A stretch of 63,068 nucleotides of DNA, filler included, from Craspedostauros australis (lineage: Eukaryota), in the NCBI GenBank assembly GCA_030167865.1. It is 9 parts of 9 records of this genome, joined end to end, with 100 filler letters (N's around TTAATTAATTAA, not from the genome) between each part and the next. Parts side by side here need not be neighbours in the genome. Positions count along the whole stretch, not along the records: positions 39,850 to 52,351 come from JALAGF010005444.1; positions 52,452 to 58,646 come from JALAGF010005446.1; 7 more parts are not named here. One strand, written 5' to 3'. The position numbers were made by a program, and so were the translations under genes. Of this stretch, positions 44,651-56,730 are shown one piece after another. The stretch's first letter is position 1. The number at the start of each line of letters is the position of its first letter. Below the pieces are notes generated by a model that searched no databases, was not told the DNA's origin, and was given only the letters and a program-made list of their open reading frames with translations.

Positions 44651-47600
44651 GGTACATGTCTGCAGTATCCTGGTTCAGTTTGGTTGGATTGTCTTCGTTC
44701 ACGGTGAAGAGGTGGTCCGCGGCGGGTGATGTTGCCTTTCCGTGCATATCGGCGGGCACTCCTTTGAGGATGCCATCGATGTAGTCACCCATGTTGATCT
44801 TCACTTTGTTGGGAGTGCTGTAATCCAATTGCATCCCAAGGTAGTCGTGTACTTTCCCTCTTTTGATTGTCAGTGGGCTGTGCTGCCCGTATGCGTGGTT
44901 GAGCATGCTGATGACGGAGTTGACGGCTGAGCTGTCTTTGTGGGATATTTTGAGGTCATCCACATGCCACACTACCGTGCACTGGTCCCCATTGATGTCC
45001 TTGTTCGCCACACACCAGTCATATGGATTGATCACAAACCCGTCGTTGATCAACGTGGTCGTGAGATCCTTCCACCATTGGAGGGCGGCCTTGAGTGTCC
45101 CATACAATGCCTTGGTGAGTTGCACGTAGATTGATGATTGTCCTTTCTTCTTTCGCACATATTCATCGTACACATCAGGTGCGATCTTTGCGAGCAGCTC
45201 TGCCATTCGTCCTTCGATCAGGACATGCACGACTTCTCCCTCGTCGAAAGTGGTTTGCAGGAAGGCGCCTGGCACATCCACTGTGGCCACATCACGGTTT
45301 TCGTGTGCGTCAATTGTGCATGTGAGCATGAGCCCGAGGAGGGAGACAGTCGGTGAACTCGTCTCTTCCTTCGTCATGTAGAGGCGTTGTTTCCGTCCGT
45401 CTGCGCAGCCACGTCCTTTGATGAGTCCAGTGCGCTTTTCCTTCAGATACATCAGGTACCGGAGCGATTGCGTTCTTTCCTCCTTTGACAGTTGGTGCCA
45501 GTGCTTCGGTTCAAAGCCTTCCATGTCATGCACTTGTTTCAGCTCTTTGCTGATTGCGTGCTCGCCCCGCTCGCGGAACAGTTTCAGTCCCTGTTTCCAG
45601 TTCATCTGTTCCGTCAGAAACACACAGGCGTGATTGGTGTCATGTGACTCGTTGCTATTTTCAGTAGAGAGTTCAGTCATGGTGACATGCGCCTCGTCTC
45701 TACCTACATGATGCAGCCGGTGATAGTCGACTCTCAGCTTGCGTCGTGGTCTGCCTGTTGGTGGCTCCACTGAATCCGCATCCTCATCCGACGGTGCCTC
45801 TTGTTGTTCCTCTTCTGTCATAACTTCGAGGATCGGTTCAAGGACATTGCCTTCGTTGGCATCACTGTCTTCGTCTGATGGGTGCGTGCTGTCGCCATCA
45901 TCATCCGATTCGTCGCTTTCAACTGCATCGGTGTCATGATTGTCGTCGCCGTCATCGGTATCATCATCATTGGTGTTGTCATCGTCGTCAGAGTCGTCAT
46001 CGGAATCATCGTCTGAATCATCCGCATCCAGCGATTCCTCGCTTGCATCGGACTCGTCGTCTGGGTCGTAGTCGTCGTCGTTTGCATCGTCGTCACCGGG
46101 GTCGGCGGTGATGGACACGATATCGTTGTCGTTACTGTCTGTGAATACAATCTCCTTGTTGCCTCTGGAGTGTTTGGCCATTGCGTGCACTTGATCGATG
46201 ACATCCTCCGGCATGGGCAGCGTGGTCCAGCTTCGACGGTGCAGTCTGCGCCCTGTGGATAGACTGAAGAATAGGTATCCGCCTTGATCATTCCCTGACG
46301 GTCGAAGTGCCAATGCGCCCACTGTCCTGGGCAGCATCGAATTGTCATGTTGTTCGTGCGTTTGCACGTAGGAGCCAAACTCGATCTTGCAGTGACTTGC
46401 AAAGTTCAGTTTCCGTCCCACCACGATCTCGGACGGGCTCATGCGCTTGGATATGCCATCTTGGTGTGGGAACATGTTGTTCCAGTACACGGAGTGGTAT
46501 ACCATTTCGATGATGAGCGCTGGAGGGTAGTGCTTGAACGGCATTGCATGGTACGTGCTGCGCGTTCTCTCTTTGATTGTTCGGATGTATCGTTCGATTG
46601 CCGGCACGTGCTCATCTCTGGAGGTGACGTTAATTGCAACTCCTGATGCTGCGAGGCTTCCTCTGATGGATGCAAACTGGTTGTCAGTCAGTATCATGTC
46701 CACCTTGAATCCGCGCTGCTTGTACAGTTTCACAACTTCGCGGAGTTGCTGTGTGATCACTTTGTCTGACTCGCTGTTGAGTTTCGTCACTGTCCCGAAC
46801 TTGATGTGTTGAGAGATGGTAACGAGGAATGGAATTCGGTTCACCTTCATGATGTCAGCTGATAGGGTCACCTGCTGGTACTCTTTCATGATGTAGGCTG
46901 GTAGGCTGGTGATTGATGGAGCGACCACAGGCGACGGTTTGCGAGTAGTCTTGCCCTTCAGTGACCCGACATCCGGCCCGAAGATGATCTCTGCGTTGCG
47001 AATATCTTTGGTGGTGACAGGACAGTTTGGGATCATGTTGTTCCGTACATACCGAATGTAGTTGCGTGTTGTTGGTCGACCAATACGCTGTTGCACAGAA
47101 CGAGCTAGCTGAGCGCGAGAGTAGTCAATAGATGAGAATCTAGACTTGTTATCGGCTACGGTATTGACGAGAGCGTTTCCGTGGATGGTTGCTGTGTCCA
47201 GATAGTAGAGGCCGTTGTTGGATTCACGGAAGACTTGGGTGGTTCCATCTGGTTTGTGTACGACGAACTGGTTGGTGTCGCTACTGTCGTACGTGACGCG
47301 GAACATGGACTTCACCTTGCTCAGCGACAGGATGTTTGCCACTCCTTTGGGGTGATACCACACAAGGCCATAGCCGGGCAGGGTGCCTTTTTGGTTGGTC
47401 ACTGCTGTACCCGCGTTGCAGTGGATGGTTAGTGTGTTCTGGACAGTGTGAATGTCGCGAAGTAGGTGATGGTTGGAGAACACATCAACTGTAGATTGGT
47501 TGTCGAGAAGCACCCACCTGTTGGGGATGGGTGTGGATGTTTGGTTGAATGCGTGGTCGGTGGTTTGGTTGGTGTCCGTCTGCAGGAACACAAACTCGTT

Positions 47601-49078
47601 GCCGTCGTACTCGTAGTCGTCGTCGGCGTACGTGGTGGTGGCATTCACGAGGACCGTTCCGTTCTCATGGAACTTTGCATAGCACTCCGCGGTGGCGTGG
47701 TTTGTCCTCCCACATCGCTCACACTTCTCTGCGTCAGCCTTGGCCTGCGAGTTGACGAATGCCATCCCCATGTTGTGTGGTGTGCGAGAGCCAGCCACGT
47801 TTCTTGGGTCATGCGACCAGTGGTTGAGGAGCATCAGCGCCGTCGCCATGTTGGTGGGGTAGCTGTCGTTTCCGACGAGGAATTCATTGTGGAGGTGCTC
47901 GAGCAGCCCTCCAAACCTGGTGATGTCCGCACCAAGAACGAACGCAGTGGCCATGTATCTTCGGCGTGAGTCGTCCTTGATTTCCTGGAGGCGTGCTGTG
48001 CCAACGGGTGAGACGTCTGCTGGGGTCATCAGCCATAGCATGATTCCGCGGTTTTCGGTGATTCCGGTTTGCAGCGTGTCATTCACATCGGCGATGGCTG
48101 TGAAGGTCTCGTAGTAGTCCTGGACGCTTTGTCGTTTGCCTTGTCGGGTGTTGATGAATGCCTTCTGCATCTCATGCATGGCAACGATGGGGTGTTTATG
48201 AGTGTTGTAGCTGAACGTGATGTTCTTGATCAGCATGATGAGCTGAATCAGGTTCATTTCTCTCTTGACTGCTGCATACTCGCTTTCCTCCTGTAGACGG
48301 GCGCGCATGGCATCAGTGCATTGGCCCCACACGACGGAGTACAGCTTCTGCATGTCGTCTTCGAGCTTCTCCTTTCTGTCCTCGAACTTGCTGTACTGTT
48401 TCTTCCATTTCTCCCTTTGGATGGTGGATGGTGGATGCAGTGGGTGGGTAGTCAGCTGGTTCTGCAATGGTTGGTGTTTCGAGGGTCTCCACAGCGTGTG
48501 CCACTTTGGGTCCGTAGGTGACGCCAGCAAAGACTTGGATGGCATCGATGGTCTGCTTGAAGTCCTCCGCTTGCTTGGTCCGGGAGGTCACGCAGTCGAA
48601 GATCATTCCCTTGAGCTCGGGGCAGGCGCCCTCGAACTTGGGTGCTTTGGCGAATGGGGGCGCCCCTTGTTGTTGTTGTTGTTGTTGTTGCCTTTGCCGC
48701 CTTCGGGCTTGGTCGGTTTGGTCTTGATGTCGGTGCTCATCGTTACGATGAAGCGCAATCCAGTTTAAAATATGTTGAAGCAATGGCTCCTGCACCGGCC
48801 TCTACCCGGCAATGAACCGAAGGGCAAACCAGATGAGGAGCAATGAGATTGTTGTTGTGGTGTAATCAGATATTTTAAACTGGATTTATGGCTGCTTGTT
48901 GCCGATCTCCAGCTTGTTGCCGATGATCGGCTTGTTGTCGTTTTTCTTGTGTTTGCTTGCTTGGTGTTGGTGGTGGCTGCCAGCCGTTGATTTGCATCGA
49001 CGAATGACGTCATTGGCATTTCCTGGTTTCTTTGGTTTCGCGCCATCTGTCGTCACAATTTGGGCATCTGCTCCAACA
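44651..49078 (-). mobile_element. Ty1/copia (CoDi-like) retrotransposon: 5' LTR 49078-48773, gag-pol from ATG 48740 (two gag frameshifts), RNase H and 3' LTR missing
   Basis: Gag KFEGACPELKG and LYSVVWGQCT, knuckle CERCGRTNHATAEC. PR WVLLDNQST. IN SADIM / LTDNQF / IERYIRTIKER, then an acidic linker. RT KGRGCADGRKQR, DVPGAFL, KALYG, WHVDDL. LTR termini TGTTG...CAACA. Confidence 0.93.
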
Positions 49079-49591
49079 GCATCGGGATTGTATGCGCTGC
49101 ATTTGGCGGCCGCCTCCAATTCTCGATTGTTGCGAACGGGGCTTGTCGATACCAACAAAGATGATCAGGAACGTCTGGATTGTGTCAAGATGCTTCTGCA
49201 GAGCGGATCCCCCATCAAGATGAGGGACGGCAACAAGCAGAGCGTGTTGCACTGCGCCGCCCGAGCCGGGCACACCGCGATCGTGGAGTACGTGATGCAG
49301 GAACGCATGCACAACGAGGACGCGAATCCAAGCGATCATTACTTCAATTGCTTCGATCGCTGGTACAGAACGCCTGCGCATTGGGCCGTGCTGAATGGCC
49401 ATGCGGAGTCCTTGGCCGTCCTGCTGCAGCACGGCTGTCACCCCGATCCGCCGAAACCCAAGGTGAACAGGAAATCCAGCGCCGCCGTCGAAAGTCCGAT
49501 GGAGATGTGCGAACGTATCCATGGCGATGATTCCAAAGTCGGACGTCGCATGATGGATCTGTTGATGAAAACCCAGCGCGGAATGGATTGA
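49079..49591 (+). pseudogene. 3' part of an ankyrin-repeat gene, 5'-truncated by the retrotransposon LTR
   Basis: GLYALHLAAA, QSVLHCAARAGH and RTPAHWAVLNGHAESLAVLLQHG. Coding-like sequence begins at the LTR boundary. Confidence 0.7.
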
Positions 49592-49637
49592 TGTGGACTG
49601 ATGTGGATTGATGTGGGCTGATGTGGATTGATGTGGA
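49584..49637 (+). repeat. 10-bp tandem repeat (TGGATTGATG-like) x5
   Basis: tggattgatg tggactgatg tggattgatg tgggctgatg tggattgatg. Confidence 0.9.
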
Positions 49638-49653
49638 CAGAGCAAAGGTATTA

Positions 49654-51190
49654 CCTTCCACCTCACTCACTCGGCAAACCGATAGCACTAGTTGTAGAGT
49701 TTTTGCCGTGTTCCTTGTCAGATTGACTCGTGTTTGGATGATCNNNNNNNNNNNNNNNNNNNNNNNNNNNNNNNNNNNNNNNNNNNNNNNNNNNNNNNNN
49801 NNNNNNNNNNNNNNNNNNNNNNNNNNNNNNNNNNNNNNNNNNNNNNNNNNNNNNNNNNNNNNNNNNNNNNNNNNNNNNNNNNNNNNGGAATTCTGTTGTG
49901 ATTTCCCACACCCCAACAGCAAGAAAAGACCGTCACCAAGAAAAGAAACACAACAACACGACAATGGGGAAACAAAACAAGACACTGCGAGAACCGCCAA
50001 ATGTCATGGACGGCATTGCATCAACCACCAGTCCAATGCCAGATCCAAGCACATCAACGGAACCGCCATAGAAATTTTGGTGGATGGGCAAGAGGGAGCT
50101 ATCATAGCGGTTCATTTGAATCAGCGATAGTGAAAAGAGCGAAATGTGCAAAAATGCGTCAAAAATGCATGTTGGGTACGGGCTGTGTGTAGACGATACA
50201 AGCCATTTAAACAACCAAGGATGGGCAAGATGCATCAAGGGGATCAAGATGAAGGGTAATACGAAGTTTGAGGCTGAAAGAACGCCTGGAGGGTGTCGAT
50301 GGAGGGGAACAAGTGGAGTGCAGGAGTTTTTGGGGTGGTGACAAAGCACCCATCACGTGGCTTTGCTGGTGTGGTGGCGCACGTGAACATCCGCCACATC
50401 GCCAACCCACCCATACAAGATGTGTTCATTATCAAGTCAAGAATGGGGTTCAAGAAGTGGGGATCGATTACATTGAGTGGAAGAGGTTGGAACCAACCAA
50501 ATGCTGCAGTCGCATTTTTCGATACGAAGAAAAACTGACGATGGCATCAGCGTCGGGATGGATTAAAAACTGGAGATCCATCTTGAGGCGTTGTGGAATG
50601 CATCAGCGTGTAATCAGTGAATCAGGGATCGAGGGAGGCTGTGTGGGGGGAACAGAGATGGTTGTGAGCGGGAGATATGATCGGATGAAGCAGCTGCCTT
50701 TGGACCGTCCTTCATTTTCAAAAATGTTGGATTTCAGAAATGGGCTGCCAATGTGCATTGAACGGAGATCTGACGGTGCATGCTTGGCAGGGATGGATAC
50801 ATATGAGGTATATGGAGACAATGAGACGCGCAGGTGGCCGAAACGAGATGGTTATGGGCATCATCTTGGATGGCAAAGTGATGGCACCATGGTCCCATCC
50901 AGAATTTTGCGCCACACACAATCCCACGTTGACAACAAAAATGATGCTAAATTTGAAGTCAATTTAAATTTAAGTTCAATATTCTTATTTGCAGGCAACG
51001 ATTTGTTCACATGGTACACTTATTTTTAATTATGAATGATGTGGTGTTGCGATATAGCATCATAAGCGTTTATTGGGATGGATTGCAATTTTGCTCTAGA
51101 CTGGGCTACGCAACACGACTAATCCCACGCTGGAGGGCAAAAAACTCTACAACTAGTGCTATCGCTTTGCCGAGTGAGTGAGGTGGAAGG
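49654..51190 (+). mobile_element. TIR DNA transposon (about 55-bp TIRs, TA on both flanks) with decayed transposase-like interior
   Basis: 49654-49707 is the reverse complement of 51136-51190, with one mismatch and one homopolymer indel. TA at 49652-49653 and 51191-51192. Confidence 0.85.
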
Positions 51191-51725
51191 TACGCACGCT
51201 TGTTCCTGCAAATGGAATGCGCCGAGGGTGGTCGTGTTTCGCGATGGCCCACAGAGATCAAGAACGAATGTTCGAATTGTTGACATCATTAGTCGAACGA
51301 GTCAACGCTGCGAAGACAATCAGAAGCGTTGGGAAAAAGAGAAGCACGAGGAACACAGCAGACTTCGTGAGGTCAATAAATCCTTCGAGACAACACAGGA
51401 TCAGACACGCACGCCACGGCACAAAGATCGACGCGTCGTCAACAAGGAGGAAAGATCGACACGATGCAGATTGCGTTCTCAACGATGACAGCAGAGAGAG
51501 GCAGCGAAGGCAATGATGATGGCAATGGTGATGGCAATGGTGATGACCATGACCATGACGCCCACAATCGAAAAGAGAAGCACAAGATAGCCTCCAAGTA
51601 CTCTGCACCTCATACCGACACCCACACTCACACATCATCATACTCGTAGTTCATAAGCAAGACCACAAGCAATAAGAATAGCAACAGCAATAGGAATAAC
51701 AATAGATATAGCAGCAACAGCGACC

Positions 51726-52351
51726 ATGACGACCGAAAGCCCTGCCACTGACGCCACCACTGCGGAGGCCACCCCAGCAACTGCTCCAGCAGAAGCAGCA
51801 GAGACAAAGACAGACCTGTCTGCCGCAATCTACTCACCTGATGACATCGAGGAGATCCTCGTCTACGCCATGCCCGGATCGCAGTTCACCGCCAAGGTCC
51901 TGGCGGCCTTCGATGCCTGCAAGATCCCCCACACCTGCTTCTTCGTCAGCCCGCAGAAGGCCAAGCGCGCGAAGGAGATCCCCAGCGGCGGAACCTTGGT
52001 CCCAGAGATCAAGATCACGCTCAAGACCACGGACGAGGCCAAGGACAAAGCCAAGGACGAAGCCAAGGACGAGGACAGCACCATCCTCCTCAAGGACAGC
52101 GAGCACATCCTGGAGTGGTTCAACGAGCACTACAAGATGGCAGACGCCGACACCCTGGGCTTCTTCCCAACGCCCGAAGCGAGCGTCGCGTCCATTCGCG
52201 CCTCCAACGGCCTCCTCGCTGGCTCCGTCTACTTTTACAACTGGGTCTACAATGACGGCTACGAGCGCAGCATGAAGGTCTCCGTGCGCCGCTTCCTCTC
52301 CATCCCGGAATGGATCCCCGCCTTCGTCACGTCCGCTCCGCTCGATATGCT
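51726..52351 (+). CDS. GST-N/thioredoxin-like fold protein (glutathione S-transferase superfamily), partial at 3' end
   Basis: VYAMPGSQFTAKVLAAF...IPH, cis-Pro-like LVPEI and LKDSEHILEWF; strong GC3 bias. Confidence 0.72.
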
Positions 52352-54034
52352 NNNNNNNNNNNNNNNNNNNNNNNNNNNNNNNNNNNNNNNNNNNNTTAAT
52401 TAATTAANNNNNNNNNNNNNNNNNNNNNNNNNNNNNNNNNNNNNNNNNNNNGCCTGGGGATTGTGGAGCAATTTTTCAAATGTACAAGACCATGAACAGC
52501 GACAACCAACAGCAGAGCAGTGTGATGACCAGCCCATCTCGTTTTCCTCTCCAACCTTCAANNNNNNNNNNNNNNNNNNNNNNNNNNNNNNNNNNNNNNN
52601 NAAGCTTTACAACCACCAAATCAACTCAAAACACATTCTCAATCGTCTCATCTACGTTCGTGGTCACACTACGTTTAACCGCGCTGACGTTGGCAGTTTC
52701 ACTTCCCCTTTTTGACCTGCCAAAGTCCGACACTGGAAGGCAAAGCCGGACACAACCGGACTTCATTTGCCCTCTATTCTCGCTGTGTCCCACCCTGGTG
52801 CTCGAAATTCAACTTGGCGCGAAACTGTCGACTCCGACGATCAAAACACCCTTTTTCTCCTCTTCCTCCTTTCCATTCACAAACCATTGCCTGACTCTAT
52901 TGAGAGGACAATTGTAATAGATCCCAAACGTTATGGCTTATCACTTGTTAGCTGTTGTTGGCTGTAGAGGCTTGATTGGCAAGCGGTCCGAACGTGAGTC
53001 TTCTGTTCCACAAGTAGTCAATTGAGAATACTGGTAGATGGTGAAGAAACGTGCGGATTATGAGTGTTATTGCTATTGATCTTCTCCATGGGGTGGATCT
53101 CCAACATTGCCCTAAAGGATCTGTTGTATGGGTCGTGTAGCTTGAGTGCTGCAGATGGGGTCCGTTCACCGAGTTGGTTGCGAGGTGATGGACGCTGGCG
53201 TGGGTTCCGTGGGTTGTCATCCTTGCCGTGTTGGCTTGTATTCGTGCGTTGGTGCTTTGGCGATGTGATGGGATCCATGACTTGGTTATCGGAACCCTTC
53301 AACATGTCTGACACAGGTCGCCAAAGATCTACTGTTGGAAGGCTCCGCGCACGGAAAATCGGTAGTAGTCACACTCTTTGTCGAAAGTGTTTCTGTTACT
53401 GTTACTGTTGTTGCAATTGTTTGTTGATGAGCGAGCATGGGGAATGAAATGATCAAGATGATCTCTTGATCCATCTCTTCCTTGCTCTCATTGCTTGGTG
53501 CAATCCTCTTGCACCTCCATGCACATTGCTCTCATGTTGCTCGTTGATGTTGACTTGATCATCAACGTTGTCGTCTCTCTCTCGTTGTCTCGTCGTTGTT
53601 CCGTTCTCGGGTTTTGTTGAATCGGATGATTGATCGAATCTGATGGAATGTTTAAAACATATTTCATTCCTGTAGACCTGGTAGGTAAGGTCTTGATGTG
53701 ACGTCACGTGTGGTGGATACTGTGGTATCCGCTGGTATCGCGGTATCCTGGCGTCGTAGTATCGCAGTGTCTTCGTGGTACAGCGATGGTATCGCTGTGA
53801 CGTCATAGTTTTGTGTCGTGATTTCGCCACCAAATAATCTAGATGGCGGCAAGCAAGTGTGACTGATGCATACACATCCGAGTACACACATTCCGACAAT
53901 CTACTTCAACGATCTGGATCAGTTCCCAAATGTGGGTTCGGATGAGCTCGGCAAACGATCGAATGGACTGCTGTCGACTCGAATGGTTCGTAGTGTCCTC
54001 CACCAAGGTAGATACTAGTTTAGCTCTATTATCA

Positions 54035-55917
54035 CGAGGGCGACATCTGTCTCTTCCTCCATGCCGTCGGTCGCCACGTTTTGCGGCCTCAGCTTCTCGC
54101 ATCGCTGCTTTCAACTTGAAGCAGTCGAGGATCTTGTGCCCCTTCTTACCGCAGTACTTGCAGTTTCCGTTGAACTTGTTCTTGACAGGAGTGTCGCCTT
54201 TCTTGTTGTTCTTCTTCAAGGCCTTGCCGTTTTTGTTCTTTGGGGGAGAGGGGCAGCCCGCCTTCTTGTGTCCATAGGCACCGCAGTTGCGGCAGTACCC
54301 TTTGAAACTGCCGGTGGCAGTGAGAGCCATTTCCTCTTTGGTGTTGCTCTCACGGCAGTTACTGCCTTGCTTGATGTGACGTGCGTCGTAGGTGGCACTC
54401 ACTGCTTCACGGATGTCCTCGATTGACATCGTGTCTTCGATGACGAGATGTACATGTGAGTATATGTCGAGATGTACGTGTATATGTGCTTCGTTCACCC
54501 GTTATTCTCTCATACGCACTTGGACGGTACAACTACATTCGTGTCGATAGTATGCTGTGATTCGTCAAAATCACAGTGGAAATGGAACATACGAAAATGA
54601 GCAGAATTTCTGGAGGAAATTTGCAATCGACAATTTCTGAGAGAATTAGAAACATCGTCCGTCCATCCATCAATGGAGACGTATGGTACCAAGAGAATCT
54701 CGAGGTACTTCCCAACTAAACTTCAGATGACAATATCATCTGACAGACTGCTGCATCACCAATGGAACGTGACATCTGGAGAGCAGAAGGACGCCTACTG
54801 ACGTCAACAGGATGTCATCGTGTCACCACGTCGACATCTGTCTCCAGGTCAGAGAAGAGTTGAAGATCCGATGGACGAACGACATCGAGATCATGGATAC
54901 GAGAGGTGAAGTTCAAATGGTAAGTACTCATGGAGTAGGAGCCAGTAGTGAACGAACAAAGTATCGAATGTGGAGTACGCATCGAACACGGAGTATCGCG
55001 TAGCACGAGCACACGATATTGAGAGAGAGAGAGAGAGCGAGAATACGAGGAGCAGCAAGAGAGCATCTTGCACACCAACTCATAGTCGGAGACTGAATCT
55101 ATGAAACAGATCAACGCGCCGAGAGCATCGGGCAAGAGAACGGGCGTACACCGAGAGGATCGGAGTAGCCAAGTAATGAAATAGCAAACGAACGACTATC
55201 AACCAACACCATCTTCCACGATTGTAGACTTCCAATCACGGAACTTGCCAACACTTCGATGCCAGTGAACTTGAGCCTGATGAGCGTCACATCCATCTTG
55301 TAGTCCCTTGCGAGGGCGTTGAGAACGAGCATGTTGTACTGCATCATGTTCAAGTCGATCCCGGCATGGGAGAGGCGTCTGCGAAACACTTCCATCTCGG
55401 TGAGGAACGTGTCCGGGTGTTCTCCCTTCTTCATGCGCATCCCGTTGAGCTGCGCCAACAACTTTGCCTTCATAGGCGCAGTGCGCTGCTCGTAGATACG
55501 CTCAAGAGCCTTCCATGCCTTACGTGGGTCTCCTCCCTTGTAAGCGCTGCACTTGCATCCCAACACAGCCATGAAGGCAACATTGCCTTTGGTGGTCTCA
55601 TGGCTGATAGCCATGGTCAGTTCTTCAAACGCGTACTTCGCCAATGCCTTCTTGTACTCAGCCTCCTCTTTGAGAGTCATGTCACTCGGTTTCTTGTCTT
55701 TGGCCTCCTTCTTCTTGCCTTCCACGAGGAGGGCAGCAGAGGAGGGGACAAACGGTTCTTCCTTCACAATCACGTCACCCATGTCCTTGAGATACAAGTC
55801 CCCGTAGCCCTTGCGGTTGGCGCAGGCCAGGAACTTCGCACTCCAAGCTTTCCAGCTGGACCGCTTGCTGTCGAACATGATCATGTAACAATCAGTCTTA
55901 CCTAGGAAGGATGTCAT
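54035..55917 (-). mobile_element. Copia gag (two CCHC knuckles) split by a solo LTR; frameshifted and truncated at the gag end
   Basis: SWKAWSAKFLA, AWKALERIY, HPDTFLTEME, CRNCGAYGHKKAGC and CKYCGKKGHKILDC. Removing the insert restores FTGIEDTMSIE. Confidence 0.88.
54441..55253. mobile_element. Solo LTR (family A) with 6-bp TSD CTTCGA, nested in gag
   Basis: TG...CCAACA termini; CTTCGA at 54435-54440 and 55254-55259. Confidence 0.92.
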
Positions 55918-55997
55918 GGTGATGATGGTGATAGGATGTTTGTTGCTGTGCTGATGATGGTAGAAACGTAGGATTTCAATCGTAGCGTTTCGAAACG

Positions 55998-56730
55998 TGT
56001 TGGAAATCTGGGGTTATTGTTAGTACTGTAATCTAATCTGCTATTAGAAACTGTACCGTTTTAGAACTGTGAGCACAATCTCACTTTCTCTTCCGATTTC
56101 ATTTTTCGTAGTAGGCATCTGCTGCGGTGGCAACTCGGGGCGTCCTGTTGTTCTTAGGTGCTTCTTTTCCCCATTCATCATGATCTGTTCTTGCTTCCTT
56201 ATCTTGGCATCATTGTTGCTTGCCTCTGCATCGTCGTAGCTGTCTACGCTCGCATGGTAGGGATCTGCAGTCCTGGGCACTCGCCTATCTTATGTTTCCA
56301 TTGTTGATCTAATGACACCATCGTCCCACGATCGATGTCAACCTTGGTGATGTTCCAAACCTGCGGATGTTCTTGTCCGCAGGAGGGGCGCGTGCTGTCC
56401 TCTGAAGGGGGTACGTCACTTGCCCATTGACCTGCTGTTCTGATCGACGTCGTCGTCTGCATGGTTGCCATGGTTGGTTTGGTATCGGGACCTCCTGATC
56501 CGCCATAGGCGTCGTTCTTACATTACCAGAGGACAGACTACCCTCCTCGTGGCAGTACAGGTATCAATCATGTCCGTGTCCTTAGTCATAGTCATAATGA
56601 CATGGTATTCAAAGATGTGACGAATAGTCTCCGAATATGTGACGAATAATGTTCAATGTTGTGGCGAATAATGTTGGGAGGTGCGGCAATCATTGGTATT
56701 CCGACAAAGTCGCACCCTCGATTCCTAACA
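55998..56730 (-). mobile_element. Probable 5' LTR of the gag-bearing element
   Basis: TGTT...AACA termini, 80 bp upstream of the gag ATG. Its outer end matches the family B terminal motif. Confidence 0.6.

Noticed and set aside
45850..46130. Asp-rich tract as a biomineralisation protein
   Set aside because: It is the acidic linker between integrase and RT within the retrotransposon polyprotein.
52452..54034. Possible further LTR (about 53671-54034) and decayed gag-like sequence
   Set aside because: TG..CA ends are plausible, but there is no TSD, second copy or clear protein motif to support a call.
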